Shown here: one piece after another, positions 1 to 8,530 of the stretch
Numbering within the stretch: the first letter of the stretch is position 1
How the letters are laid out: each line of letters begins with the position of its first letter
From: Bacteroidaceae bacterium
GTDB taxonomy: Bacteria > Bacteroidota > Bacteroidia > Bacteroidales > Bacteroidaceae
DNA length: 64,000 bases
Direction: 5' to 3'
Assembly (NCBI GenBank): GCA_017536765.1
Contig: JAFXGV010000048.1
Span: 3,615-67,614 of the forward strand
Made by a program: the position numbers and the translations under genes
The notes under the pieces: model-generated
What the model was told of the DNA's origin: nothing
Database searches by the model: none
Seen by the model: the letters and a program-made list of their open reading frames with translations, nothing else

Positions 1-292
1 CCTCTTCCTTTATGCAGCCGGGGTGGGTTCTGTTGAGCAGGCTTATGAGCTGTTCAAAGGCTTTTTTCACCTCTTTATATTCGGTGGTGGATGAGATGGT
101 GCATTGCTTGAAGTCGGCCGCAAAATAGTTTTTTGTGTCGCCGGTGCCGTCTTCTCGTTCTTTCTTGAACTCTTGTTCGAGCAAGCAGAGTATTTTGTCG
201 TATGTTACGGCCTCGCGCTTCATCAATTCGCGGTAGATTATTCGCACTGCACGTGGTTTTATACCATTTCCCGAAAATATACTTTTTGACAT
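1..292 (-). CDS. hypothetical protein, N-terminal 97 codons only (gene runs off the left edge)
   Basis: Hand translation of the reverse strand from the ATG (complement of 290-292) gives MSKSIFSGNGIKPRAVRIIYRELMKREAVTYDKILCLLEQEFKKERED..., open to position 1. It is absent from the ORF track because it is edge-truncated. No family recognised. Confidence 0.4.
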   Translation of the reverse strand, partial: MSKSIFSGNGIKPRAVRIIYRELMKREAVTYDKILCLLEQEFKKEREDGTGDTKNYFAADFKQCTISSTTEYKEVKKAFEQLISLLNRTHPGCIKEE

Positions 293-372
293 AATTGTGT
301 ATGTGGCGTGTATAAGTGATTCGTAAAAATAGTATCTTTTTTTTGTTGAAACAAAATGTTTTTTGATTTTTA

Positions 373-404
373 CCACAATAGCCGCCCTCGGGCGGCTATT
401 GTGG
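373..404. terminator. GC-rich hairpin between two minus-strand genes
   Basis: ccacaatagccgcc / ggcggctattgtgg forms a 14-bp perfect stem with a 4-nt loop, about 70 nt downstream of the stop of the 474-836 gene. No clear U-tract on either strand. Confidence 0.4.
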
Positions 405-473
405 TAAAAAAGAGTGTTAGCGGTTCTATTGTTCCGGGGCTTACCCCCCCGAGGCTCACCGCCAAGGCTGGCG

Positions 474-836
474 TTAGTCGAACCACTCGGCCAGCTTTTC
501 TTTGGCTTGGCGTTTTACATCATCGTCCACGCAGGTGAGCAGTTTGATGACAGCTATGAGCACAGCTAAGTCGTCGCTGTAACCAACTACGGGGATTACA
601 TCGGGTATCAGGTCTATGGGCAGAATAAAGTAGCCCAATGCTCCAATAATCACTGCTTTCTCCTTTGCCGACACTTGGTCCGACTGCAAGGCGTAGTAAA
701 GCAACAACACGTTGTAGATAACCTCTTTACCGGCATTCTTTGCAAAATTCTTTATTTTATCCCAAAGCTTGGGCTCGGAATAATGTTTTTCATACTTTTG
801 CAACTGCACATCTTTTGCATCAAATTTTTCGCTCAT
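474..836 (-). CDS. DUF1232 (YkvA-like) membrane protein
   Basis: 120 aa. The motif ILPIDLIPDVIPVVGYSDDLAVL matches the DUF1232 signature (IPDxIPxxGxxDD) as I remember it. Confidence 0.75.
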   Translation of the reverse strand: MSEKFDAKDVQLQKYEKHYSEPKLWDKIKNFAKNAGKEVIYNVLLLYYALQSDQVSAKEKAVIIGALGYFILPIDLIPDVIPVVGYSDDLAVLIAVIKLLTCVDDDVKRQAKEKLAEWFD

Positions 837-870
837 AGTAGTTCTGTGTTTAATGATTAATAATGATTAA

Positions 871-1497
871 TTAGGTATTTTCGTTGAACATCTTTTTTGC
901 CCATTTTGCGTAGTAGTGCACTTCGGTATAATTCCAAGCACCACCTAAAATTCCTCCCACAATAGGTATTGCCTTACCGACATTTATAACTCCTTTACTT
1001 CCACCCTTTGTGATGAGCCTGAAACCGATGGCTTTATTGATTTTTAATATCAGTTCTTTTGATAATAACGGCAGAAGCTTCTTTGCGGCTAAACTCTGAG
1101 CTGTTTTTATACCTACGTTTTTGATTACGTCGCCTACTGCATTTCCCGCCAAACATAAAAATACAAGAGTCTTTACTTCATCGTCTTTTATTTTATATCC
1201 ACGTAAACACGCAATAGATGCAATCATACGCACTTCCATAAACAACGAACTTGTTAAATCCATAGGCAATGTAACGGGCAGTGTTATTAAACCGCCCAAT
1301 CCTGTCAAGAAACCCGTTGTTGAACATTTTAGTTTTTGCGCATTTACCATCTTATTGATAGCTTTTTCGGTTCTACCATATTTGTCAATGTAGGATTGAA
1401 CAAATTCTTCAAGTGGTTCCGAGACCATAGGTATACCATTCAATGCGGTTTCGTATGCCCAATCGAGAACCGCGATACTTTTTTCTTTGTTTTCCAT
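871..1497 (-). CDS. EcsC family protein
   Basis: 208 aa. The layout TGFLTGLGGLITLPVTLPMDL...EVRMIASIACLRGY is typical of EcsC-family proteins (recognition from memory). Confidence 0.7.
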   Translation of the reverse strand: MENKEKSIAVLDWAYETALNGIPMVSEPLEEFVQSYIDKYGRTEKAINKMVNAQKLKCSTTGFLTGLGGLITLPVTLPMDLTSSLFMEVRMIASIACLRGYKIKDDEVKTLVFLCLAGNAVGDVIKNVGIKTAQSLAAKKLLPLLSKELILKINKAIGFRLITKGGSKGVINVGKAIPIVGGILGGAWNYTEVHYYAKWAKKMFNENT

Positions 1498-1514
1498 TGC
1501 TTTTATTATATAAT

Positions 1515-1736
1515 TTATCCTATTCTCACTACATCCAAATAGACCGTACTCAATGCGCCCAAGCGTTTCATATCCACGCCATAGATGCGCATAAAAGCAT
1601 CGGCAACGGCTTGCCCGCCGTTCACGGTGAGTGGGTTGCTCATACTGTTTGTTACCACATCTGCCTGCATACCGCGCTCTATGCGCAGCCCGCCCGATAA
1701 TTTCGATTGCTTTACTGTTACTCTGAATAGTGGCAT
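1515..1736 (-). CDS. small conserved Bacteroidales protein (DUF6140-like)
   Basis: 73 aa (MPLFRVTVKQSKLSGGLRIERGMQADVVTNSMSNPLTVNGGQAVADAFMRIYGVDMKRLGALS...). It resembles the small DUF6140 proteins of Bacteroides as I recall them. Confidence 0.6.
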   Translation of the reverse strand: MPLFRVTVKQSKLSGGLRIERGMQADVVTNSMSNPLTVNGGQAVADAFMRIYGVDMKRLGALSTVYLDVVRIG

Positions 1737-1743
1737 AATAGTT

Positions 1744-2202
1744 TTATTTACGTTTTTTTATCCCTGTCTGAAATTTTGGCAAACGCACCTCCCCACAGGG
1801 TACAAAGAAAGGCGCGAGCCTTGCATCACACTCTATCGCCGAAACGGGTATCTGGAAAAACCTGCAAGAAACGATTGAATAGAATACAATACACCCACGC
1901 CTGATGATTATGTACGTGGGCAAGGCACAATACCTGCCGTGTGACATAAACAAAAGGAGAGCGTCATATTCCTTTATCTTTCTCGCGGTTAAAAATTTTC
2001 CAGATTTTGTTTCCGAGATAAAGTAAAATGCGTCAATATGTGCGGAACAGTGCTCGTGGCAGCGGTTCCTTGTTGCAAATATATACATTTTTTTAATATG
2101 ACGCTCCGGGTGGGGCTCTTTTTTGTGATAAAGATAAATCATTGCTTTTTTTCGCGATAATAAAAAATAATCTATTTTTGCGGTAAATATGAATTGTCCC
2201 AC
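1744..2202 (-). CDS. doubtful ORF (Cys/His-rich, no family)
   Basis: 152-aa ORF filling an otherwise empty gap of about 490 bp. Its composition is odd. Its 5' end overlaps a promoter-like box for the divergent gene at 2232, and a minus-strand TAtaTTTG box lies inside it (complement of 2076-2083). Kept only as a possibility. Confidence 0.2.
   Translation of the reverse strand: MGQFIFTAKIDYFLLSRKKAMIYLYHKKEPHPERHIKKMYIFATRNRCHEHCSAHIDAFYFISETKSGKFLTARKIKEYDALLLFMSHGRYCALPTYIIIRRGCIVFYSIVSCRFFQIPVSAIECDARLAPFFVPCGEVRLPKFQTGIKKRK
2173..2180 (+). promoter_or_regulatory. Bacteroides-type -7 box candidate (TAttTTTG)
   Basis: tatttttg lies about 50 nt upstream of the ATG at 2232 and matches the TAnnTTTG consensus of Bacteroides primary-sigma promoters. 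The motif is short and chance matches are expected. Confidence 0.3.
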
Positions 2203-2231
2203 AACAGGGCGTTTTTTGGTACAGATTTATT

Positions 2232-3653
2232 ATGAGCATAGAGAGTGAAGCATTGAGCTGCCTTTTAATGAGGAACGTGTTTGCACCGTCGGTATCGACA
2301 CTTGCAAAAAGAATCACCTGCTGTGGCAGAAACACGCTTTACCGCATAAGAGACGGGGTGGCCGGCGATGATGCCGTGGCCGATGTGTGGCGTGAACTTA
2401 TGGGTATGTATAGGCTGGCTGATGCCGAGATATATCTGCTCTATGCCATATTTGACTCTTTTTACGCCTATCTGCCCGATTACAAGGAGTACTGTGGTAT
2501 TGGCGATTCTGCGCGTTGGAAAGACTCTTTTATGGCATTATGTAAAGAGGAGTACGATGGCTTGCCCAAGCGGTTCAGGAGCGGGGTGTTACAGGAACTG
2601 TTGCAACTGAAATCGAGCGACACGTTGGTCTATTACGGCAACTTGGTGCTGTTCTATATTTATGCAAACGGAGCAGATGTAAACACAAAGGGGTTTGTAA
2701 ATAAATTTCGCACACATATACAGGCTTTGTGCAGCCTGTTCGAGGAGTGTTTTCCAAGCGGGCTTTCTTCAAAGGAGATTGCCAATGAATTGCTCGATTA
2801 CGATTTTATGAACCATCTGTACCCCTGCACGCTTACTATTTTTTTATATAGTATGAGGGTGGTGCGCTCTTATCTCGATGCCGATTTCTTGGATGAATTT
2901 CTTAAGCTTGGTGTACTGTTCAATATGGGCGAATTCTCATATTGGCACGCTGTGGATGAGCCTTACCGCGAGGGTGCCGCATTGTGGTTTTTCGAAGAGA
3001 ATCCCTCGTCGTCGCCATTCAATGGCTCTTACAGGGTGAGCCGTCTTGTGATGGGCAAAACCGTGGGTTCATATAGTGTGGAGGAGCATTTTGTCTTTTT
3101 CTTCAAAGCGGCGTGTGACGATGGGTGGCAGCTGCCTATGGTGGAAATAACATCCTTCGGCAGTATGAAATACATACAGGCTTCGTATGAACTTGACAGG
3201 GAGAGTGGCCGTCTTAAATTGCACTTTGACCGTGGCGACGATTGTGTATGTTGGTTGCCCCGTGAATTTGCTTTCATCAATATTAAATCCCCCGCGGGCA
3301 AGGAGGAAAAAGTGTGGGCAAGGGTGGTGAATGATTTTATTGCCAATGATAAAATGGCAATAAGGAGTGCCTTTGACAATAGTGTGTTGATGAAGGAGTA
3401 CGAGGATGTGAGCAACAATTACAAGGTGAATGACGTCGCGATGAATCGTAAAGAATTTTCTATATACTTGTCGGGACCCGAGGGTGATTGCCGTTATACA
3501 TTGCACAACGACCGTTGCGATTTTATAACCGACATAAACGCCTTGTCCCGGATTGTGGTGCTGCGCCATCGCACGAGTGGCGAACTATTGTTTTTCTGGA
3601 ACGAGGCCGGTAAGTATCTCCCATTCTCGGCCTTTGAGGTGGAGGAGTGTTAG
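2232..3653 (+). CDS. hypothetical protein (473 aa, no recognisable family)
   Basis: Long uninterrupted ORF with composition similar to neighbouring genes. No signal peptide and no motif I can name. Confidence 0.65.
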   Translation: MSIESEALSCLLMRNVFAPSVSTLAKRITCCGRNTLYRIRDGVAGDDAVADVWRELMGMYRLADAEIYLLYAIFDSFYAYLPDYKEYCGIGDSARWKDSFMALCKEEYDGLPKRFRSGVLQELLQLKSSDTLVYYGNLVLFYIYANGADVNTKGFVNKFRTHIQALCSLFEECFPSGLSSKEIANELLDYDFMNHLYPCTLTIFLYSMRVVRSYLDADFLDEFLKLGVLFNMGEFSYWHAVDEPYREGAALWFFEENPSSSPFNGSYRVSRLVMGKTVGSYSVEEHFVFFFKAACDDGWQLPMVEITSFGSMKYIQASYELDRESGRLKLHFDRGDDCVCWLPREFAFINIKSPAGKEEKVWARVVNDFIANDKMAIRSAFDNSVLMKEYEDVSNNYKVNDVAMNRKEFSIYLSGPEGDCRYTLHNDRCDFITDINALSRIVVLRHRTSGELLFFWNEAGKYLPFSAFEVEEC

Positions 3654-3825
3654 CCGGTTTTTCTCTTGTTTTCGGCCGTTTTACCACGGATTTCAACTTT
3701 TACGCCCGTTATTATAATATAAATATTAAATTTTATTTGTATCTTCGCGCAAAATTACGCGGGCGTGCGCCGTTATATCGTGGTGCGGTGCCTGTGTTTA
3801 AGGAAAGAAAAGAAGAAAACAAGAT

Positions 3826-5607
3826 ATGGATAAAATCAGGAATTTTTGTATTATAGCACACATCGACCACGGTAAATCTACCTTGGCCGACCGTTTGTTG
3901 GAAACCACCAAGACCATAAACATCACCGAGGGGCAGATGCTCGACAATATGGACCTGGAGAAGGAGCGCGGTATCACCATCAAGAGCCACGCCATTCAAA
4001 TGGAGTATATGTACGAGGGTGAGAAATATACGCTCAATCTCATCGATACTCCGGGGCACGTGGACTTTTCGTACGAGGTGTCGCGCTCTATCGCTGCCTG
4101 CGAGGGTGCTTTGCTGGTGGTTGATGCCACACAGGGTGTGCAAGCGCAGACAATTTCCAACCTTTATATGGCTGTGGACCAGGGACTGGAAATTATCCCT
4201 GTGATTAACAAGTGTGATATGATAAACGCAATGCCCGAGGAGGTGAAAGACGAGATTGTTGATTTGATAGGCTGCGACCGCGACGAGATTATAGAGGCCA
4301 GCGGAAAGACCGGTATGGGCGTGGAGGAGATTCTGCGTGCGGTGGTGGAGCGCATCCCTGCTCCCGTGGGCGACGAAGAGGCTCCCTTGCAGGCGCTCAT
4401 CTTCGACTCGGTGTTCAACTCGTTCCGCGGCATTATTGCATATTTCAAAATCACTAACGGCGTGCTGCGCAAGGGCGACAAGGTGAAGTTCTTCAACACG
4501 GGCAAGGAGTACGATGCCGACGAAATTGGTGTATTGAAGATGGAGTTGTCGCCGCGTCAGGAACTGCGCACGGGCGATGTGGGTTACATTATTTCGGGTA
4601 TAAAGACATCGCGCGAGGTGAAGGTGGGCGACACCATCACACACATTGCAAAGCCCTGTTCTTCGGCCATTGCGGGATTCGAGGAGGTGAAGCCTATGGT
4701 GTTCGCCGGTGTATACCCCATTGAGGCCGAGGACTACGAGGACCTGCGTGCTTCGCTTGAAAAACTGCAACTGAACGATGCCTCGCTCACATTCACACCC
4801 GAGTCGTCGGCAGCGTTAGGCTTTGGCTTCCGTTGCGGTTTCTTGGGCCTGTTGCATATGGAGATTGTGCAGGAGCGTTTGGACCGCGAGTTCGATATGA
4901 GCGTTATCACCACCGTGCCCAACGTGTCGTATATGGTGTATGACAAGCAGGGTAATGTGCAGGAGGTGCACAACCCCGGCGGTATGCCCGACCAAACTTT
5001 GATTGACCACATTGAGGAGCCATACATAAATGCAAGCATAATAACCCGCGCAGAGTACATAGGCCCCATTATGACCTTGTGCCTGTCGAAGCGTGGCGAG
5101 CTGCAGAAACAGGAGTTCATCACCGGCAACCGCGTGGATATACGTTTCCTGTTGCCGCTTGGCGAGATTGTGATAGATTTCTACGACAAGCTGAAGAGTA
5201 TTTCAAAGGGATACGCATCGTTCGACTATCACCCTGCGGGCTTCCGCACTTCGAAACTCATAAAGCTCGATATATTGCTCAACGGCGAGCCTGTCGATGC
5301 GCTCTCCACACTCACCCACGTGGACAACGCCTACGGGCTTGGCCGCCAGATGTGCGAGAAACTGCGCGACCTTATTCCCCGCCAGCAGTTCGACATTGCT
5401 CTGCAGGCTGCCATTGGTACAAAGATTATTGCCCGCGAGACTATAAAGCAGGTGCGCAAGGATGTGACTGCAAAGTGTTACGGTGGTGACGTGTCGCGTA
5501 AACGTAAGCTGTTAGAGAAGCAGAAGAAGGGTAAAAAGCGTATGAAGCAGATTGGTAACGTGGAGGTGCCACAGAAGGCCTTCCTTGCCGTTCTAAAGCT
5601 CGACTAA
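3826..5607 (+). CDS. lepA: elongation factor 4 (LepA)
   Basis: 593 aa. N-terminus [25 protein letters not shown] carries GTPase G1. DTPGHVDF (G3), NKCD (G4) and the LepA-specific C-terminal region are present. Confidence 0.97.
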   Translation: MDKIRNFCIIAHIDHGKSTLADRLLETTKTINITEGQMLDNMDLEKERGITIKSHAIQMEYMYEGEKYTLNLIDTPGHVDFSYEVSRSIAACEGALLVVDATQGVQAQTISNLYMAVDQGLEIIPVINKCDMINAMPEEVKDEIVDLIGCDRDEIIEASGKTGMGVEEILRAVVERIPAPVGDEEAPLQALIFDSVFNSFRGIIAYFKITNGVLRKGDKVKFFNTGKEYDADEIGVLKMELSPRQELRTGDVGYIISGIKTSREVKVGDTITHIAKPCSSAIAGFEEVKPMVFAGVYPIEAEDYEDLRASLEKLQLNDASLTFTPESSAALGFGFRCGFLGLLHMEIVQERLDREFDMSVITTVPNVSYMVYDKQGNVQEVHNPGGMPDQTLIDHIEEPYINASIITRAEYIGPIMTLCLSKRGELQKQEFITGNRVDIRFLLPLGEIVIDFYDKLKSISKGYASFDYHPAGFRTSKLIKLDILLNGEPVDALSTLTHVDNAYGLGRQMCEKLRDLIPRQQFDIALQAAIGTKIIARETIKQVRKDVTAKCYGGDVSRKRKLLEKQKKGKKRMKQIGNVEVPQKAFLAVLKLD

Positions 5608-5628
5608 AGATTTGTTGCGGGCGCTTGT

Positions 5629-5657
5629 GAGATTTCTCACATACGTTCGAAATGACA
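5629..5657. repeat. REP-like half-element
   Basis: gagatttctcacatacgttcgaaatgaca differs at 2 positions from the reverse complement of 19023-19051. Confidence 0.6.
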
Positions 5658-5791
5658 ATTTGCTGTGCCGTTGTTGCTTAATAACAAGGTCATTGACTCG
5701 CTTTTCTTTTCGCAACCCACGCGGCAACATTTACAACGATGCTACGCATGACTATAGCTGAAAAGTTCGCCGATGACAGAACTTGAGGTTA

Positions 5792-5868
5792 TGTCATTCC
5801 GATGGAGCGCTGCGACGAGGAATCTAAAAAGCACTATTGGAGATTTCTCACACAGGTTCGAAATGATA
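5792..5868. repeat. REP-like palindromic element (two inverted half-sites)
   Basis: tgtcattccgatgg...gaggaatct (5792-5825) and gagatttctcacacaggttcgaaatgata (5840-5868) are imperfect inverted copies of the same half-site. Confidence 0.55.
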
Positions 5869-5965
5869 GTAAATGCAGGGGGTAACCCCCAAACAAAATA
5901 ATGAAAACTAAATTCTTTGCCCCGTTTTGCAGAGGCAAGGAATTTGCATAAAACTTAAAAAGAAT

Positions 5966-6919
5966 ATGGGAATATTCAGTTTTTTTACAAAAGAGAAAAA
6001 AGAGGTTCTTGACAAGGGATTGTCCAAGACCAAGGAGAGCGTGTTTGGAAAAATTGCACGCGCAATAGTAGGAAAGACCGAGATTGACGACGAGGTGCTC
6101 GACAATCTCGAGGAGATACTCATAACATCTGACGTGGGTGTGGAAACCACGCTGAAGATTGTGGAGCGTGTGCAGGCACGTGCCGCCCGCGACAAGTATA
6201 TGGGCACAGCCGAGCTCAATGCGCTGTTGAAGGACGAGATTGCAGCCCTGCTTATGGAGAACAACACCGAGGACAACGGCTCATTCGACTTCCCCACAAC
6301 ACCCGGGCAGCCCTATGTGATAATGGTTGTGGGTGTGAACGGTGTGGGCAAGACTACCACCATTGGCAAGCTGGCACACCAGTTCAAGAAGGCAGGTAAG
6401 AAGGTCTATCTTGGTGCTGCCGACACCTTCCGCGCAGCTGCCGTGGAGCAGCTTGTGGAGTGGGGGCATCGTGCCGATGTTCCTGTAATTAAGCAGGGAA
6501 TGGGCAGCGATCCCGCATCGGTGGCATACGACACGCTGTCGTCGGCCGTGGCTAACGGTGCCGACGTGGTGATTATCGACACCGCGGGCCGTTTGCACAA
6601 CAAGGTGGGCCTTATGAACGAGCTCACAAAGATAAAGAATGTGATGAAGAAGATTCTGCCCGATGCTCCCAACGATGTGCTTCTTGTGCTCGACGGCTCC
6701 ACAGGGCAGAACGCCTTTGAGCAGGCAAAGCAGTTTACAAAGGCCACCGAGGTGAGCTCGCTTGCAATAACAAAGCTCGACGGCACCGCTAAGGGTGGCG
6801 TGGTCATTGGTATAAGCGACCAGTTCAAGATACCGGTGAAATACATTGGTCTGGGCGAGGGCATAGACCACTTGCAGATATTCAACAGAGCGGAGTTTGT
6901 GGATTCTCTTTTCGGATAA
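5966..6919 (+). CDS. ftsY: signal recognition particle receptor FtsY
   Basis: Contains GVNGVGKTTTIGKLA (P-loop), DTAGR and TKLDGTAKGG. Start moved to the internal ATG at 5966 (MGIFSFFTKEKK), because the track's upstream extension has no homology logic. Confidence 0.95.
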   Translation: MGIFSFFTKEKKEVLDKGLSKTKESVFGKIARAIVGKTEIDDEVLDNLEEILITSDVGVETTLKIVERVQARAARDKYMGTAELNALLKDEIAALLMENNTEDNGSFDFPTTPGQPYVIMVVGVNGVGKTTTIGKLAHQFKKAGKKVYLGAADTFRAAAVEQLVEWGHRADVPVIKQGMGSDPASVAYDTLSSAVANGADVVIIDTAGRLHNKVGLMNELTKIKNVMKKILPDAPNDVLLVLDGSTGQNAFEQAKQFTKATEVSSLAITKLDGTAKGGVVIGISDQFKIPVKYIGLGEGIDHLQIFNRAEFVDSLFG

Positions 6920-6929
6920 ACACCAAGGA

Positions 6930-8231
6930 ATGAAGAAGAATTGTGTTGATGTGATTACTATGGGCTGTTCCAAGAATCTTGTGGATTCGGAACAGCTTAT
7001 GCGCCAATTAAAGGAGTGTGGTTACGAGGTTACTCACGATAGTGAGGAGCCTTGTGGCAGCATAGCCGTTATAAACACTTGCGGCTTCATAGGTGATGCA
7101 AAGCAGGAGTCGATAAATATGATTCTTGAGTTTTGCGAACGCAAGGATCAGGGCAACCTGGAGAAACTCTATGTGATGGGCTGCCTGTCCGAGCGTTACC
7201 TCACCGAGCTGCGCGAGGAGATTACACAGGTTGATAAATTCTATGGCAAGTTCAACTGGAAGGAGCTGATTGCCGACCTCGAAAAGGAGTATAAGCCCTG
7301 TATTGCACACGAAAGGGTGCTATCGACACCACCGCATTATGCTTTCCTTAAAATATCAGAGGGCTGCAACCGCCGTTGTGCCTATTGCGCAATACCCATA
7401 ATAACCGGAGCACACGTGTCGCGCCCCATAGAGGAGATTCTCGACGAGGTGCGTTACCTTGTGGCGCAGGGGGTGAAGGAGTTCCAGATTATAGCACAGG
7501 AGCTCACATATTACGGCATAGACATATACAAGAAACAGGCTATTGCCGAGTTGGTGGAGCGCATTGCCGACATTGAAGGGGTGGAGTGGATACGCCTGCA
7601 CTATGCATACCCGTTGCATTTCCCCGAGGAACTTTTGCGCGTGATGCGCGAGAGAAAGAATGTGTGCAAATACCTCGACATAGCCCTGCAGCACGTGAGC
7701 ACAAAGATTCTGAAGAAGATGCAGCGCCACGTAACCAAAGAGGATACATACGCGCTCATTGAGAAGATGCGCCGCGAGGTGCCCGGCATATGCATACGCA
7801 CCACAATGATGGTGGGCTTCCCGGGGGAGACCGACAAGGACTTTGAAGAGCTTATGGATTTTGTGAAATGGGCAAAATTCGACCGCCTGGGAGCGTTTGC
7901 ATACAGTGAAGAGGATGGCACATACGCTGCCGAGAACTACCGCGACAATGTGTCGAAGAAGAAGAGACAGGAGCGCCTCGACCGTCTTATGGAGGTACAG
8001 CAGAGGATTTCCACCCGTTTGAACGAGGAGAAGGTGGGCAAGGTGTTCAAGACGATTATAGACCGTGTGGAGGGAGATTACTACATAGGCCGCACGGAGT
8101 TCGACTCGCCCGACGTGGATACCGAGGTGCTTATACACACCGGCGAGGGCGAAATGAAGATAGGGGAGTTCTACGATGTGCTCATTACCGATGCCACCGA
8201 GTTCGACCTTATGGGAAGAGTGAGTAAATAA
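6930..8231 (+). CDS. rimO: ribosomal protein S12 methylthiotransferase RimO
   Basis: Radical-SAM motif CNRRCAYC, an N-terminal MTTase cysteine pattern (GCSKN...NTCGF) and a C-terminal TRAM-like region. Start taken at 6930 (MKKNCVDVITMGCSKN). Confidence 0.94.
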   Translation: MKKNCVDVITMGCSKNLVDSEQLMRQLKECGYEVTHDSEEPCGSIAVINTCGFIGDAKQESINMILEFCERKDQGNLEKLYVMGCLSERYLTELREEITQVDKFYGKFNWKELIADLEKEYKPCIAHERVLSTPPHYAFLKISEGCNRRCAYCAIPIITGAHVSRPIEEILDEVRYLVAQGVKEFQIIAQELTYYGIDIYKKQAIAELVERIADIEGVEWIRLHYAYPLHFPEELLRVMRERKNVCKYLDIALQHVSTKILKKMQRHVTKEDTYALIEKMRREVPGICIRTTMMVGFPGETDKDFEELMDFVKWAKFDRLGAFAYSEEDGTYAAENYRDNVSKKKRQERLDRLMEVQQRISTRLNEEKVGKVFKTIIDRVEGDYYIGRTEFDSPDVDTEVLIHTGEGEMKIGEFYDVLITDATEFDLMGRVSK

Positions 8232-8243
8232 CAAATAACCAAT

Positions 8244-8519
8244 ATGAACAATAAAGAATTTATCAGCAAGCTGGCTAAACGATGCGGCATAGCAGCCGCA
8301 GAGGCCGCGGCAGGTGTTGACTCGTTTGTGGCGGTGATGACTGAGCGGTTGAAGGAGAACGACCAACTGAACGTGTCGGGCTTTGGAGTGTTTGAAGTGA
8401 AGATGCGCAAGGAGCGGGTTTCGGTTAATCCCAAGACCGGACAGCGCTTTTTAGTGCCGCCCAAAATTGTGCCCTCATTCCGCCCAAGCAGTAAACTCAA
8501 AGATAAATTCAACGAATAA
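8244..8519 (+). CDS. hup: HU family DNA-binding protein
   Basis: 91 aa. The HU arm motif is present (GFGVFEVKMRKERVSVNPKTGQRFLVPPKIVPSFRPS). Confidence 0.9.
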   Translation: MNNKEFISKLAKRCGIAAAEAAAGVDSFVAVMTERLKENDQLNVSGFGVFEVKMRKERVSVNPKTGQRFLVPPKIVPSFRPSSKLKDKFNE

Positions 8520-8530
8520 AACGCAGAGCT

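Noticed and set aside
3733-4770. 345-aa ORF on the minus strand
   Set aside because: It is entirely antisense to lepA, whose identity is unambiguous. Its H/L/R/V-rich composition is typical of a shadow frame in GC-rich coding DNA.
5853-5868. GGTTCGAAATGA resembling a tRNA T-arm
   Set aside because: No acceptor, D or anticodon arms can be drawn around it. It is the conserved core of the REP-like half-site.
6281-8366. Long minus-strand ORFs 6281-6973 (230 aa) and 7356-8366 (336 aa)
   Set aside because: They are antisense to ftsY and rimO. They have no motifs, and shadow-frame composition.
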